NCBI RefSeq assembly: GCF_009914755.1
Contig: NC_060937.1
DNA length: 64,000 nt
Origin: the human T2T-CHM13v2.0 reference genome, Homo sapiens
Reading direction: 5' to 3' (one strand)
Under the pieces are notes generated by a model. That model was given only the letters and a program-made list of their open reading frames with translations, was not told where the DNA came from and made no database searches. Shown here one piece after another: positions 47,507 to 60,110 of this stretch (position 1 is its first letter; every line of letters begins with the position of its first letter). Made by a program: the position numbers and the translations under genes.

Positions 47507-48235
47507 TTTTTTTTTAATTTTACTTTAAGTTCTGGGATACATGTGCAGAACATGCAGGTTTGTTACATAGGTATACATGTGCCATCGTGGTTTGCTGCAC
47601 CTGTCAACCCGTCATCTAGGTTTTAAGCTCCGCATGCATTAGGTATTTGTCCTAATGCTCCCCCTCCTCTTTCCCCAACCCCCCAACAGGCCCCAGTGTG
47701 TGATGTTCCCCTACCTGTGTCCATGTGTTCTCATTGTTCAACTCCCACTTATGAGTGAGAACATGCAGTGTTTCATTTTCTGTTTCTGCGTTAGTTTGCT
47801 GAGGATAATAGTTTCCAGCTTCATTCATGTTGCTGCAAAGGACGTGAACTCGTTCTTTTTTATGGCTGCATAGTATTCCGTGGTGTATATGTGCCACATT
47901 TTCTTTATCCAGTCTATCATTGATGGGCATTTGGGTTGGTTCCACATCTTTGCTATTGTAAATAGTGCTGCAATAAACATACATGTGCATGTGTTTTTAT
48001 AGTGGAATGATTTATCATCCTTTGGGTATATACCCAGTAATGGGATTACTGGGTCAAATGGTATTTCTGGTTCTAGATCCTTGAATCGCCACACTGTCTT
48101 CCACACTGGCTGAACTAATTTACACTCCCACCAACAGTGTAAAAGCGTTCCTATTGCTCTGCATCCTCGCCAGCATCTGTTGCTTCCAGACTTTTTAATG
48201 ATCGCCATTCTAACTGGCATGAGATGGTATCTCAT
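47507..48235 (-). mobile_element. 5'-truncated L1PA8-like element
   Basis: Poly-T; ccgtcatctaggttttaagc 3' UTR; ORF2 C-terminus RCWRGC...HCWWEC; TSD atgagag(t/c)ccacaatatgtttt at 47485-47506 and 48234-48255. Confidence 0.93.
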
Positions 48236-49280
48236 GAGAGCCCACAATATGTTTTATGCTAAATCCCAGAAAATAGCTGATACAAACTTATCTTTAAAAT
48301 TTCTAGTTTTAGTGCTGTCTGTATGGCTAAAGTCATTAATTCTCCAACTCTTCTACTTGAAGCAGCGCCTCATGGGCTGCAGTAGGGAGGAGTTGGAAGG
48401 GTGGCCCAAACTGTAACGCATGCCAACCACCAGAATCACAAATGTTCTATGCTCTTAGGCTTTCAAATTCTCATTTTACTTTATTGTTCTTACATTCCTT
48501 AATATTTTGAATTAGATTACTTTAGATAATTTTTTAATTTTTTGTTTTCCTCTCAGGCTCCAGGGGGCTGGACATGTATTATATATCCTGGGCATAGTTA
48601 CTGCCTGTGTCTTATGTATCTCATACCCCAAATTGAATAAACAAAAACTTTAAACTCCCTTCCTTCAGAAAAGACAATTGGTAACATTTTTGTGACCTTA
48701 TACATTGTTAATAGCAGTTCATAATTGTTCATGTAGTTAACAGACATTGACTTGGTAAATTGAAATTATGCAAATAGTTGCAAATAGCTGAAGAATTTTG
48801 AAAACCTTCAAAAACTGAATTATACTCTCTTAATATTAGGTGGAACCACTTTGGCTATTGCTTAGGTCAAGGCCTGCATAAACTGTTCTTGTGCCCCAGC
48901 CATATCATATTAATGGAGCATGTGTGACAGAAAACAAAACATTCATATCTGGCAAACAAACTAATAATAGAACCTAGGGAAAAAAATGCACCAGGAAATA
49001 TAAAATTTAAACATTTTTATACATAAGGATTTTTTCTGTGTTTGCCATTCAATGTTGGCTAAACTTCTAGAATTAAAGTCTTGTTTCCTTAATGTTGTAG
49101 TATAGTCATTATGACAATTGCACCATCTATTTCTTCTGGCCCTAGTGTCATCACAGATTAATAAAACCTGTCTCTTCCTTTAAAAATACAGTACTTAAAA
49201 TCTAATTATATAATGTGCACATAAAACACATAAAGAGTAAACTGAACTCATAGAGTCACATGAAGAAGACTGTTCAGCCA

Positions 49281-49421
49281 GCTGGTGTTAAACTCCCATA
49301 TTGAAAAATTGGTATTTCAATTTAAAGTTGCTTTAAATTCCTATATCAAATAAAAGTATTTGATGTCTACCTATGTCAGGACAGGTGAGCAGGACAGATA
49401 GCAGGATAGACAGAAGACTTA
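49281..49421 (+). repeat. Copy 1 of a ~140-bp dispersed direct duplication
   Basis: About 12 substitutions and one 4-nt indel versus 52289-52433, counted by eye. Confidence 0.9.
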
Positions 49422-50400
49422 AATTTCCTGCAGGGCACAGAGGAGAACAAAAAAATCTTCTTTACATTAAAAAAATCCTTTCTCATTTTCATAATTAGTA
49501 ATACTTTTTCATGTCTTCATGGAAAATGAGAACCCAGTTAGATTCGTTTTCTATAGGATTAAAGAAACACTATGTTCAATTAGTATTGTTCATCCGTAGT
49601 AGTATTATTTTAAGAGGTCTCATTACCAGTCACCTGGTTTCATATCTTTGGCAATAACAAGAGGTGGATTGTATGTTAATCACTATTGACCCAGTAGATC
49701 ACTAGTTAATAATATTTATTATTATGTTACTCAGACTGTAGCAGGTATTGATTTAAAATTATATTAGAATTTAAAACCACATATATCTTAAATTCAAAAA
49801 GACCAAGACAAATAAGACCAAGGAGTTTACAGTTTTCTGGGAAAGAAGTAAAGTTTACAGTCATGTTACTAAAGTCTGGGTGCCTTCATGAATAATAAAT
49901 GGACTATTTTATACATAAACAAGTACAGGAAAACTTCACACTTTTTACTCTTTTTCTGAAGAATTAACTGTTCTTATCCCTTTTCAGGACACTCCATTCT
50001 TTTATGCATTCATCAGGATTTCTGTCACCTTTCATCTCTTGTAATCTTTCTGTCTCTCCTTCACCCTTTCATTATGGTCCATAATTATATTCAAGTCTCT
50101 TCATCATAAAAACTTCACAAACACTTTCAAACCTATCTTTCTCTGAGCATCCTGTCCATTGTTTCTTGGCTTTAATCACAAAGCTTTTTGTGATTGTTTA
50201 CTCTAGTTACCACTTTCTCTTTCTCACTTACCAGCCCAGTACAATGACTTTCCTCCCAGCATTTAGGGCCTGTCTTTTGTCCTCATCATACCTGACTTTC
50301 CTGAAATACGAAAATGACAATGTAATGGCATGCAAACAAATGAAATAGTGATAGTTTTCTAATGATTGTATTTTAAAAATATGGAAAATCTTGCAAAATT

Positions 50401-50460
50401 AAATGAGAATGTGACACAGTCCCACCATCAAAATGAGAAAGTGACACAGTCCTACTGTCA
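50401..50460. repeat. 30-bp tandem duplication
   Basis: aaatgagaatgtgacacagtcccaccatca / aaatgagaaagtgacacagtcctactgtca. Confidence 0.85.
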
Positions 50461-50662
50461 GAAAATGTTTAATATTCTCTTCGACAAGAAGACTTCTGCC
50501 ACCCTCTCTTCCTCTCTAATAGTGACTCTTCTTTTGGTAGAAAACTAAAAAAAGAGCAACTCAGGCCTTCTGAGAAAGGAGTTGAACACAAATACAGGTC
50601 AACAGTATTATATTGTCATTGAACAAATTCAGGAATTACATTGCCTTGACAAAAGCAATTCT

Positions 50663-50860
50663 CTCTGTGTGTGTGTGTGTGTGTGTGTGTATATCTGTGT
50701 GTGTGTGACGGAGTCTTGGGTTGTCACCCAGACTGGAGTGCATTGGCGCGGTATTGGCTCACTGCAACCTCTGCCTCCTGATTCAAGCAATTCTCTTGCC
50801 TCAGCCTCCCGAGTAGCTGGGATTATAGGTGCTCACCACCACACCCGGCTAATTTTTGTA
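50663..50860 (-). mobile_element. 5'-truncated Alu (right arm) whose tail became a (TG)n microsatellite
   Basis: 16-bp TSD tgacaaaagca(a/g)ttct at 50647-50662 and 50861-50876. Confidence 0.9.
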
Positions 50861-51774
50861 TGACAAAAGCAGTTCTTGAAGGGAAAACATATAATTGCAG
50901 TGATACATTTTTATTCAGAATGTTTTCATAAGTCTTCTGTGTTCAGAATCTCTCTCTGTAGGCTGATAAAGTTACTGTTTCCTTTTTGACAGTCTGTTAC
51001 CCTGCTTTCAGTACAAGTCTCTCCTGATTCATCACAGAAACTCTTTATGGTTCTGTAAAACTATCACTGTTCTAAAAAAATTGTTTTTAAAAAATTTTTA
51101 TATTTACTGTGTGTATTTTAAAGGCACATAACCAACAAATAACAGACCCCTACTCCACCACTGAGATCCACTGGTCGAAATCAACTATTTCAACTCTTTT
51201 ATCTGTTTACTTTATTAGTAAACTATATTTTTGAAATAACACTGTTATACTAATGTTCTTGGTTTTTCAATTTTAAATATTTTTTAAATTTATTATATAT
51301 AGCATGTCACTCTTACAATGCGGCCACTACCACCTACTAAAAAATATGGGGGAAAGTTTCTGCTTTTCTCAGCATTTCCCCACTATAGCCATATCACAGT
51401 TTTAAGTGTGTCAGTGTTTCTTGTAAGTATCATCTGTAGCTAAACTATCCACCATTTCCTTCCTAAGATAACTATTTTCTTTTAGAGTGAATTGCCTCTT
51501 CGCTCTTTATTTGTTGGCTAAGTTTTCTGGATGCCTGTTACTAAATTTCCCCCAAACTTTCCAGTAGAACTAAAAACCTGCTCTAACTCTAGTGCATGTT
51601 AAGTATTCTGTCAGCCTCTGCTTAATCCTGTTTTGGTACTTCCATTAACAATTATTTAGATAATTTTCATTGCCTCTGTCTTGTTTCAGTCTACCATTTC
51701 TTAGATATGGGTCTATCTCTTTTTAAAGTTCTTTTCTTATAGTATGTTTAGGGTTTGTCACAAGTTCTTTCCGT

Positions 51775-52105
51775 CTTATTGAGCGCTTTTGGTGTGTTTG
51801 CATTCCCCTCCTCCAGTGAGATTGGGCTTCATCATAGGACTTTCTCTGGCCAGTGAATATGGGCAAAGGGACATGTGTTACTTCTGGCTAGAAGCTACAA
51901 GAGCCGGGGCATGCTTAGACCCCTTCTCTTTCCCTCCATCTTGGCTGCCAACAGTGTTCCAGACAATTGCAACATAGTATGACTCCCAGGATGATGCCAA
52001 TGATGATGTAGAGCAGAACACAGACAGTGGACACAGAATTTGAGCAAGAAGTAAACTTTCATGTTTTAAGCCCCTGAGATTCGGGGACTAGCACAACATA
52101 AACTT
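51775..52105 (+). mobile_element. MLT1-type MaLR LTR
   Basis: ctggccagtgaatatggg...tgtgttacttctggctagaagc; tgagcaagaagtaaactttcatgttttaagcccctgagatt. Confidence 0.7.
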
Positions 52106-52950
52106 GTTTCTCCTGTTTGATATATTTTCTCATTTTGGCAGAGCACACCATCGGTGGGTTCTTGAACAAGAGTCAGTGATAAATTTTTATGCATGTGTGA
52201 AAATGTGATTATTCTATCTTCATATGTTACTGATAGTTTGGCTGCATAGTTTGTTCTGAGTATTCTATTCTTCATAATTTTGAAACTGGCTGATGTTAAA
52301 CTCTCATATTGAAAAATTGGTATTTCAACTTAAAGTTACTTTAAATTCGTATATCAAATGAAAGTATCTGATGTCTACATACATCAGGACAGGTGAGCAG
52401 GACAGGCAGAAAGCAGGATAGACAGAAGATTTACTTTCTTCCATCTTCTAGTTTTGCTGTTGAGAAGTCTAATCTCATTCAGATTCCTGATTCTTTATAT
52501 AAACTTTTATTTTTTCCTGCAAGCCTCTTCCTTAACCCTGGTGTTCTAAAATTTAATGATGATATACTTGCTAGGTTATATTATGTATTATATTGTTCAT
52601 CATATAATTAAATCCTAGAAAATATTTGAAATTCCTTTGATAATTTCTTGATACAATGTTTCTCATTCACTCTTTCTAAAATTCCTATTTACTAGATAGT
52701 GACCTTTAAAAGGAAGATCCTCTAATTTCTTTGTCTCCTTTGTTTTCTATCTCTGTCTTTTTGGTTGTACCTCATTATCTCTTTGTTCTATTTTCTGGGA
52801 GATATTTTCAACTCTTTTTTAATGTATACAATATCTTCATATGTCCCAGTTTTATTACTACATTTTTTTGGTGTTGCTTCATTGTCTCTCATTATTTGGG
52901 TTTCATTCCCTTCCCTCCAACCCCCACCTCCATTATCCCTTTCTAATATT
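52106..52950 (-). mobile_element. Old L1M(E) ORF1-region fragment carrying an inserted duplicate
   Basis: tgatagtttggctg...aattttgaa, then the insert, then ttgctgttgagaagtctaat...gattcctgatt. Confidence 0.6.
52289..52433 (+). repeat. Copy 2 of the ~140-bp duplication
   Basis: See 49281-49421. Confidence 0.9.
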
Positions 52951-54767
52951 GGTCTGTGTCTTTAATATAAGGTTGCAAACAGGATCATAGGTAGTGACTT
53001 TGAAAGTAATATTTGTCATTAAAGGGTCCTTTCTCTTTCTGTTTTCCTGAGGCAATGTATATACGTGGAGTGTTTTCTTTCAAATAATGCTATAATATTC
53101 TGCTTCTGTTCTTAAATTTTGATAGATCTTTTTCTGTCCCTTTCTATTGCCTCTTTTTGCAATCTTAAAAATGTGAATCCTTTCCAGCCTAGGAATACCT
53201 TCTCAGCCTAGATATTTGATCCTCGTTTTGTTTATACTTCTTAGGAGACTTTGCCCAATGTTATGCCTTACTCAATATTTCTATGTAAATAATTCTGAAT
53301 TTCACATTCTTTTTTGATATACCATTGCCACTGTAAATCCAACAAATTCAGACAACAGTGTTTGTGATTTTCCCCAAATGTATTCTTCAGTATTTTCATA
53401 ATAATATTACCATTATCCTGGTCATGTACATTGAAAACTTAATAATTTTTTTATCTCAACTTCTCTACATCAGCTCTTAAATTCAGATTCTCATCTAGTC
53501 TCGGCATCTCTTCTTTGTAACATCTCTTATTTTTTATTCCCTATTTGAAATACTCATTTAGACTCCTAATATTTCTCTTGTGGAAAGGCGTGTAACAACA
53601 ATATCCTACAATTTCCTCTGGCTCAAAACTGACAAATTACTCTTCTAAAACACTGATTTATTGAATGAAGTCTTGTGATCATATACTTTCATTGGCTTTC
53701 TCAAACTTTAAACTGTAATGTCCTTAGCTTAGCTCAGACTTACTTCTACTGTTCCTCCATCAAAGGTTGTAAATTAGTACATCTCATTGGCTGTATGCAG
53801 ATTCCATATAATTTTAGATTGATTCAAAGATAATTTTCTCTTGATTTTTTTAGACAAGGCATACTTTGGGATGCACATGTAATACCTAGATATGTACTCT
53901 GTGAAATATCTTACCGAAAAATCTTATTCATGTTAGAAGTTTATGGTGACTAAAGAGTCTTAGTGTACAAACACTATCACAGAAAATCAGGTGTAAGAAG
54001 TTGTAAGAATCTAGTCTTCATAGTGGCATGGGTCTTCGTATGTAAAAATCAATTTTCTCTTTAAGTTAATATCCCAATGAATATGAAGTATTTCTGAGAA
54101 ATGTATGTATTTTGTAGGATCCTGATTTCCAATAAATACAGAATATAGAATGAGAATAACAAAGAGGCTTTAAATTTTGTAAACATTTGGGAAAAGAAAT
54201 TTTCTGTAATTGTTTTATACAGAAATTGTTTGAAAGTTTCAGTAAGTTCTGTACAATGGAATAGCAGTCTTGTCATTTGGATAAATTTTAGTTAAAGATT
54301 ATGATAGCTAGAACCCAGTGGCTTTGTACTATCCCCAAGTTACCATATCTCTTTTCACTAGTTGTTGATTTTCTCTCCTTGGGAGATTCAGGATTTGTTA
54401 TTCTATAATTCAGCACACATTTACTTAGAGCAGAGAATATTTATATACACACAAGTACCTACTTTGGGGGACCATATTTATTTTCAGAATGAGTGTAAAG
54501 CCTTTAAAGGGAAAGGGATCAGGAGTAGAATGAAGGGTTGATACAGAGACTGTGTTTTTTGTGAAGCTGAACCCATGGCCAGGGCAGCTGATCACCTCTG
54601 TACAACCAACACCTTATTAGAAAAATCATAGGGGGAAAAATCTATAGAGGAGGGCCATGACTGGTCAATAAAGATTTTTCTATTAAAATGCATTAGGGAA
54701 CTTTGAGGAGTATTTAGTTATAGAACCATTGGAAGGGATATAATTTTCAATCCAAAACACTGCTATT

Positions 54768-54770
<3 letters not shown>

Positions 54771-54811
<41 letters not shown>

Positions 54812-55065
54812 GTGTATATATATGTGTATATATATATGTGTATATATGTATATATATGTATATATGTATATATATGTATATATGTATATATGTATATATG
54901 TATATATGTATATATGTATATATGTATATATGTATATATATATGCACACACACACACAGATATATATATGTATTTAAAACCCCATATATATATTTAACCC
55001 CAAATATATATATTTAAATATATATTTAAAACCCCAAAATATGTATATATTTAAAACCCCAAAAA
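54771..55065. repeat. Compound (TA)n/(TATATG)n/(CA)n tract followed by tatatttaaaacccc units
   Basis: Direct reading; source of the YI/HIY low-complexity ORFs. Confidence 0.95.
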
Positions 55066-55851
55066 TAGAAATCACTAGCATAAACCAAAAACAGTATATA
55101 AATTATATTCTAAATGTGCTTTAGGAACAGCATAAAATAAGCATATGCTTTTCTAATCCAAAATACTTCATTATAATCACTTATGTTCATAATGATGAGC
55201 CTTACCTTGAGAACTGCCAAATTCACAAATATAATCTAAATTAGCAGAGATTACATAGTTATCTATTACATATTTAGCCATAGGTTTACTACTTTTTTTT
55301 ACAATTTTCAAAATAGTTAATTTGTAACTTTTTTCTAATTAGCATTAAATAATTAGCATTAAGTAATTTGGAATGTACATATAACTAGAACATTGCACTT
55401 CCAAGTCAATTTAAATATGTTAATGTTTCTAAGAGTTTATATTTCTAGTATTCATTTTATTATCTTAATGTAAAATTTCTATATGAGGAGCTAAAGTTTT
55501 CTATCCCAAATATTTCTAGTCCTTGTGTAGTCACATTAGGTCTCTTTTGGTCATTTGCTGTCTTTTGGAAAGAAGCTTTGTGCTCAGAGCCCCTTATACC
55601 TGCAGTCTCACTTTCCATCTCAGTTTGCATCCAGCCTGAAATTTTCTGGTGAATCAAAAGCACCTTATAAACTAAGTGATAAAACTAAAATTTGATTTTT
55701 TACAAAATAATATTCATTACAAAATCTTGTAAAGACATTTGGAAATAATATAATGTGGAAGTTATTAACAATATCAACATGATCCTTAAACCAGAAGTTA
55801 CTTTCATTAAGTGTTCACTTTTCTCACGTTTGTTTTGGTTTCTCCTTTTAG

Positions 55852-55916
55852 GAATGGCAAAACTCTATTCAGAAGAATGCAGGACTTGCATTTATTGAGC
55901 TCATCAATGAAGGAAG
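55852..55916 (+). CDS. NBEA: Neurobeachin internal coding exon (65 nt, phase 0 to 2): EWQNSIQKNAGLAFIELINEG(R)
   Basis: Acceptor ggtttctccttttAG, donor AAG/GTaatt; continues the 36731-36792 exon in frame across a 19059-nt intron. Confidence 0.94.
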
Positions 55917-56397
55917 GTAATTAATTTTACAATTTTAGACAACTAGTCAGTGTACATTTTATTCCACTGGGCAATTGCTCTTTCCTACCATCTGTTCCAA
56001 AAATGTAGAAGAAAATGTCTTTTAGTTAAATAATTTATCACACAGGTACTTAATTAATCTTTAACAAAGTTTAAAATGCTAAACATTTATTTTTGAAGAA
56101 AAAGCCGTGCATGAAATAAAGGGACAAACCTTATAAGGTTTGGTGAGATCTGAAGTACATTTTACTGAGTAGTAAAGTTGTTTTACACAGATCAAGTGAA
56201 CCCAATCTGCAATCCCATCTGCCACTCCATCTGTTTTCAGAGCAGTGCTCAGTGTTTACTCCTTCAGCTTCTCCTCAGTCCATGTGAAACAGTTTTATCT
56301 GAACATGTCATGCATTCAATGTCCAACTGAAAATGTGAGGGATATTAAATATAGCAAATATATCTGTCTCGGTTAGAAATTTGTATATTCTATTATT

Positions 56398-56829
56398 TTT
56401 TTTTTCTTTAACAAAATTTTTATTTAATAAATGGTTAAAATCGCAGTGCCAAAAATACATTGACATTTAGCAATTTCACTGAAAGGAAGAAACTACAGAA
56501 TGCACGGTTTCAGAAAGCTATTTTAAGTTATTTACAAATAAAGTATCTAAAACTCAAAAACAGGCTCTGTATGCTATATCTAGTTTATCCCTTCCTGAAC
56601 AAAATTTCTGTTATTTGGGCAAATTCTTAAACCATGGTTTAAACCGTAATGGTTACAAACCACAAACACATCCATCCAAAGACTGAAACCGTTTTTATCC
56701 GGTCAGTGGCAAAACTGTTGAAAGGGCAATAGTTGAAGCTGTTGGGTTTTATATAGTGTGAACTCTGATAAATATTCCTACCAGGACTAAAACACAGCAC
56801 GCTTTGCGGGCATGGCTGACTCACAAAGG
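56398..56829 (-). pseudogene. 5'-truncated processed retrocopy of an mRNA 3' end (non-coding)
   Basis: 17-bp TSD ttgtatattctattatt at 56381-56397 and 56830-56846; poly-T at the left end; minus-strand AATAAA at 56419-56424. Confidence 0.85.
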
Positions 56830-57895
56830 TTGTATATTCTATTATTAAAACAATAAGTAAAATTACATTTGAACCCATTATTTACCATTTTGTGGTAAAT
56901 AGTTGTTAATTATTATTTTTGCAGTGCTTTATTGGCAGTGGACACATTAAAACAGACGTAGCTGTCACCATGTGACATATATAGCTTCTATCAGCCCAAG
57001 ACCTGCAAACTTTACAACTTGAATTTCTTGTATGATATAGTGCATTCTTTGGAATATGATGATTATTTGGCATGACCTATTCATTTCATATTTGAAACCA
57101 GCTTTCATTAGATTAATGAGGAAATAATGCTTACTGTATATAAAATTTATCTTTTCAAGTAGGGGAGTCATGAAAGAATAGTCCTTGAAAATTAGTTTCT
57201 ATATGGTATAGATACCCAATTTTTAAAAATTAAATATCACTTAGTATTCATTTTTTATCACTGTATTATATTTTGAGAAATATCTTCTGTTTTTATAACA
57301 ATTTATCTTATTTTATATTTCTCATTTTGATATTTTGTGACCTAATCATGTTAGCCAGTAGTACAGATCTAAAATTTAAAATAGGCTTTGCATTCACTGC
57401 AACACCAAAGTTGCAGGAAAATATCAGTTTTCTTTTATAACGCAAATAGTGTTTTACATAACAGCACTCACCATGTCTTACAGAGTTTCACTGTGATAAG
57501 AGTTACTAACAATTATTATCCGTTTTCAGGTGATGAATAAACAGAAAAAACTATTTGCTAAGGCTAATCATTGTCATTTAAGTTTTAGAAATAACTCTCA
57601 ATGACATATCCACAATTATTTTGTTTCAACTGCGAAGTAAAAATATATATATATATAAAATTATTATTATCAGTAACTCTCCTAAGAGTTATCAGAATTG
57701 AACCTCTAAACACTTAAATTAAGATTATAGTAATAGGCTTAGAAAAGGAAGGGGGTGGAAAATTTGCTAATATCAGAGATTTTAAGCTTCTGATAATGCT
57801 TTTGTCAGTCAGTGGTAGAATTTGGGATTTGCTTTATATTAGGAAAGGTTAGAAATAAAGAAAGTAGTCACAATTTTAAAAAAAATTTCAATCTA

Positions 57896-58314
<419 letters not shown>

Positions 58315-58369
58315 TCAAACATGAATAGCTGTAAATATATAAGAACAAATCATGTATGCATGAGTGCAG

Positions 58370-60110
58370 CAAATGTCTGTTCAACACCCACTACATGTCA
58401 AATACTGCTATAAGAGTTAGGAATAGAGTTAGGAATAAGATATAAATGATTCCAGTTTCTTGGGGAAAGGCAAACATTAGATGAACACATACAGTAATAC
58501 AAGGATACTGTGATAAAAGAGGTATAGGTAATGATGCAATCGTACCACAGAATAATTTACCTAGTCTGGAGGGATGCATTCCACTGAGTGGTGGGATTAT
58601 CAAGGTTTTCAAAAGAGTACTTACCCAAAGGAATGCCATTTGAGAGATCATTAGGAGACAGCCAAGTGAGAAAAAAAAGTAGAAATACAATTATTGGCAG
58701 AGGGAATTGTATAGTGCAGAGGACTAGCGGCAAGAGAATAGTGAGACATGTTACTGGAGAGCTATTTCCAGTCAGCCAGCAGCTATTTAAATGCATGTTG
58801 TATGCCAGCCACATGGAGGCACAGGTCATTGGCAAAGGTCATGCCATGAAACTGTGCAAAGAATACTGGAGAATAACTGAAAATGTTTAGGTGTGGCCTG
58901 CAATGTGGAGGGTTTCACGGGCTCAAGACTTGAAGCAATACCAATCTGAGGTTCAGTAATCTTGTTGAAGAATATGGTGTCATGGACTAATAGTAGCTAT
59001 GAGGATGGAAGAAGTGAACAAATTTGAAGTATCTTTTGGAAATTAAGTCACTATGATTGCTAATATATTGGATGGAAGAGGGGAAAGAAGGAATCAAGGA
59101 TATTTTGATGTCAGCTTTAGTAACTAATAGTTTACAGTATAAGTATAATTCACTTGGCTAGGAGAGTACAGAAAGCGAGGTTTGAGTTGAGAGTTTTTCA
59201 CTTTTGGGTTACACTGAACTTGTGGTACCAGTGAAATATCCAGGTGGAGATGTTCAATAGGCATGGGCATTTGAGTATTGAGCTCTCCAAAGAGAGAGCT
59301 GGCATGGAGATTTAGACTTATGAGTCTCCAGGTTATTCGTGGTAAACTGTAGAAAGGATTCAGATGTGATGCTCAGAGAGAGTGAATAGAGTGAGTGGAG
59401 AACCAGAGGCCCTGCTTTTACTCCTGTTTCTGCTGGGAATCCTCTTCTCCCACATCTTGACACGACTGGTTGTTTCTCGACTTTGAGGAATCAGCTTAAA
59501 TGCCACCCTCTCACAGAGGCTCCCCTGACTATCTTATATAGTTGTTACACTCCCATGACATAATCCTCTTGTAACACATAATAACATCATCTCAAATGAT
59601 CTGCTCTGTTTGCTTGTTTACATCTATTTCTCCTGCTAAAATGTGTTTTCCTTAAGATCTTGTGTCTTATTCATCGTCTTATTTGCTGCTATATCTCTAT
59701 ATTCTGGAATAGTGCCTAGCATGTAGTTAGCATGCTAATGAAATATCTATTTATTTGCCCTGTTAAATGAATATTTATTGAAAGCATAAAGAAAAGAATG
59801 GTGAGTGGAATGTTTAAGGAAGAATGTATGGTCAAAAAGAGGATTTTTAAGTTAGTACTAAAGGGACCACTGGGTTCAGCCACAAGGAGGTCATGATGAT
59901 CTCATCCAAACTTAATGCTGGTGAACACCTGTGTGCTAAAGAAGCTGGGTGTAGATCCAAATCCTACCCTATTAGAGTTTACAGTCTAGTGTGGGCAACA
60001 GCCTTAGATTAAGTAATTGCAAGTTTAATAAATATGTGAAGGACAACTAGAGGATGCTATGGGAGCAGGCAACTGAGAGAGGTATTTTTTGAAAAAGTGA
60101 TGATTTACCT
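58370..60110. mobile_element. Cluster of L2 fragments in both orientations
   Basis: gaaatatccaggtggagatgttcaatagg (minus); tcagcttaaatgccacc...gaatagtgcctagcatgtagt (plus). Confidence 0.6.

Noticed and set aside
48360-48380. Partial CTCF-like motif (minus strand cccatgaggcgctg)
   Set aside because: Several mismatches in the core; cannot be supported without a PWM scan or ChIP data.
54747-54997. Tyr/Ile/His-rich ORFs
   Set aside because: Translation of a (TA)/(TATATG) microsatellite.
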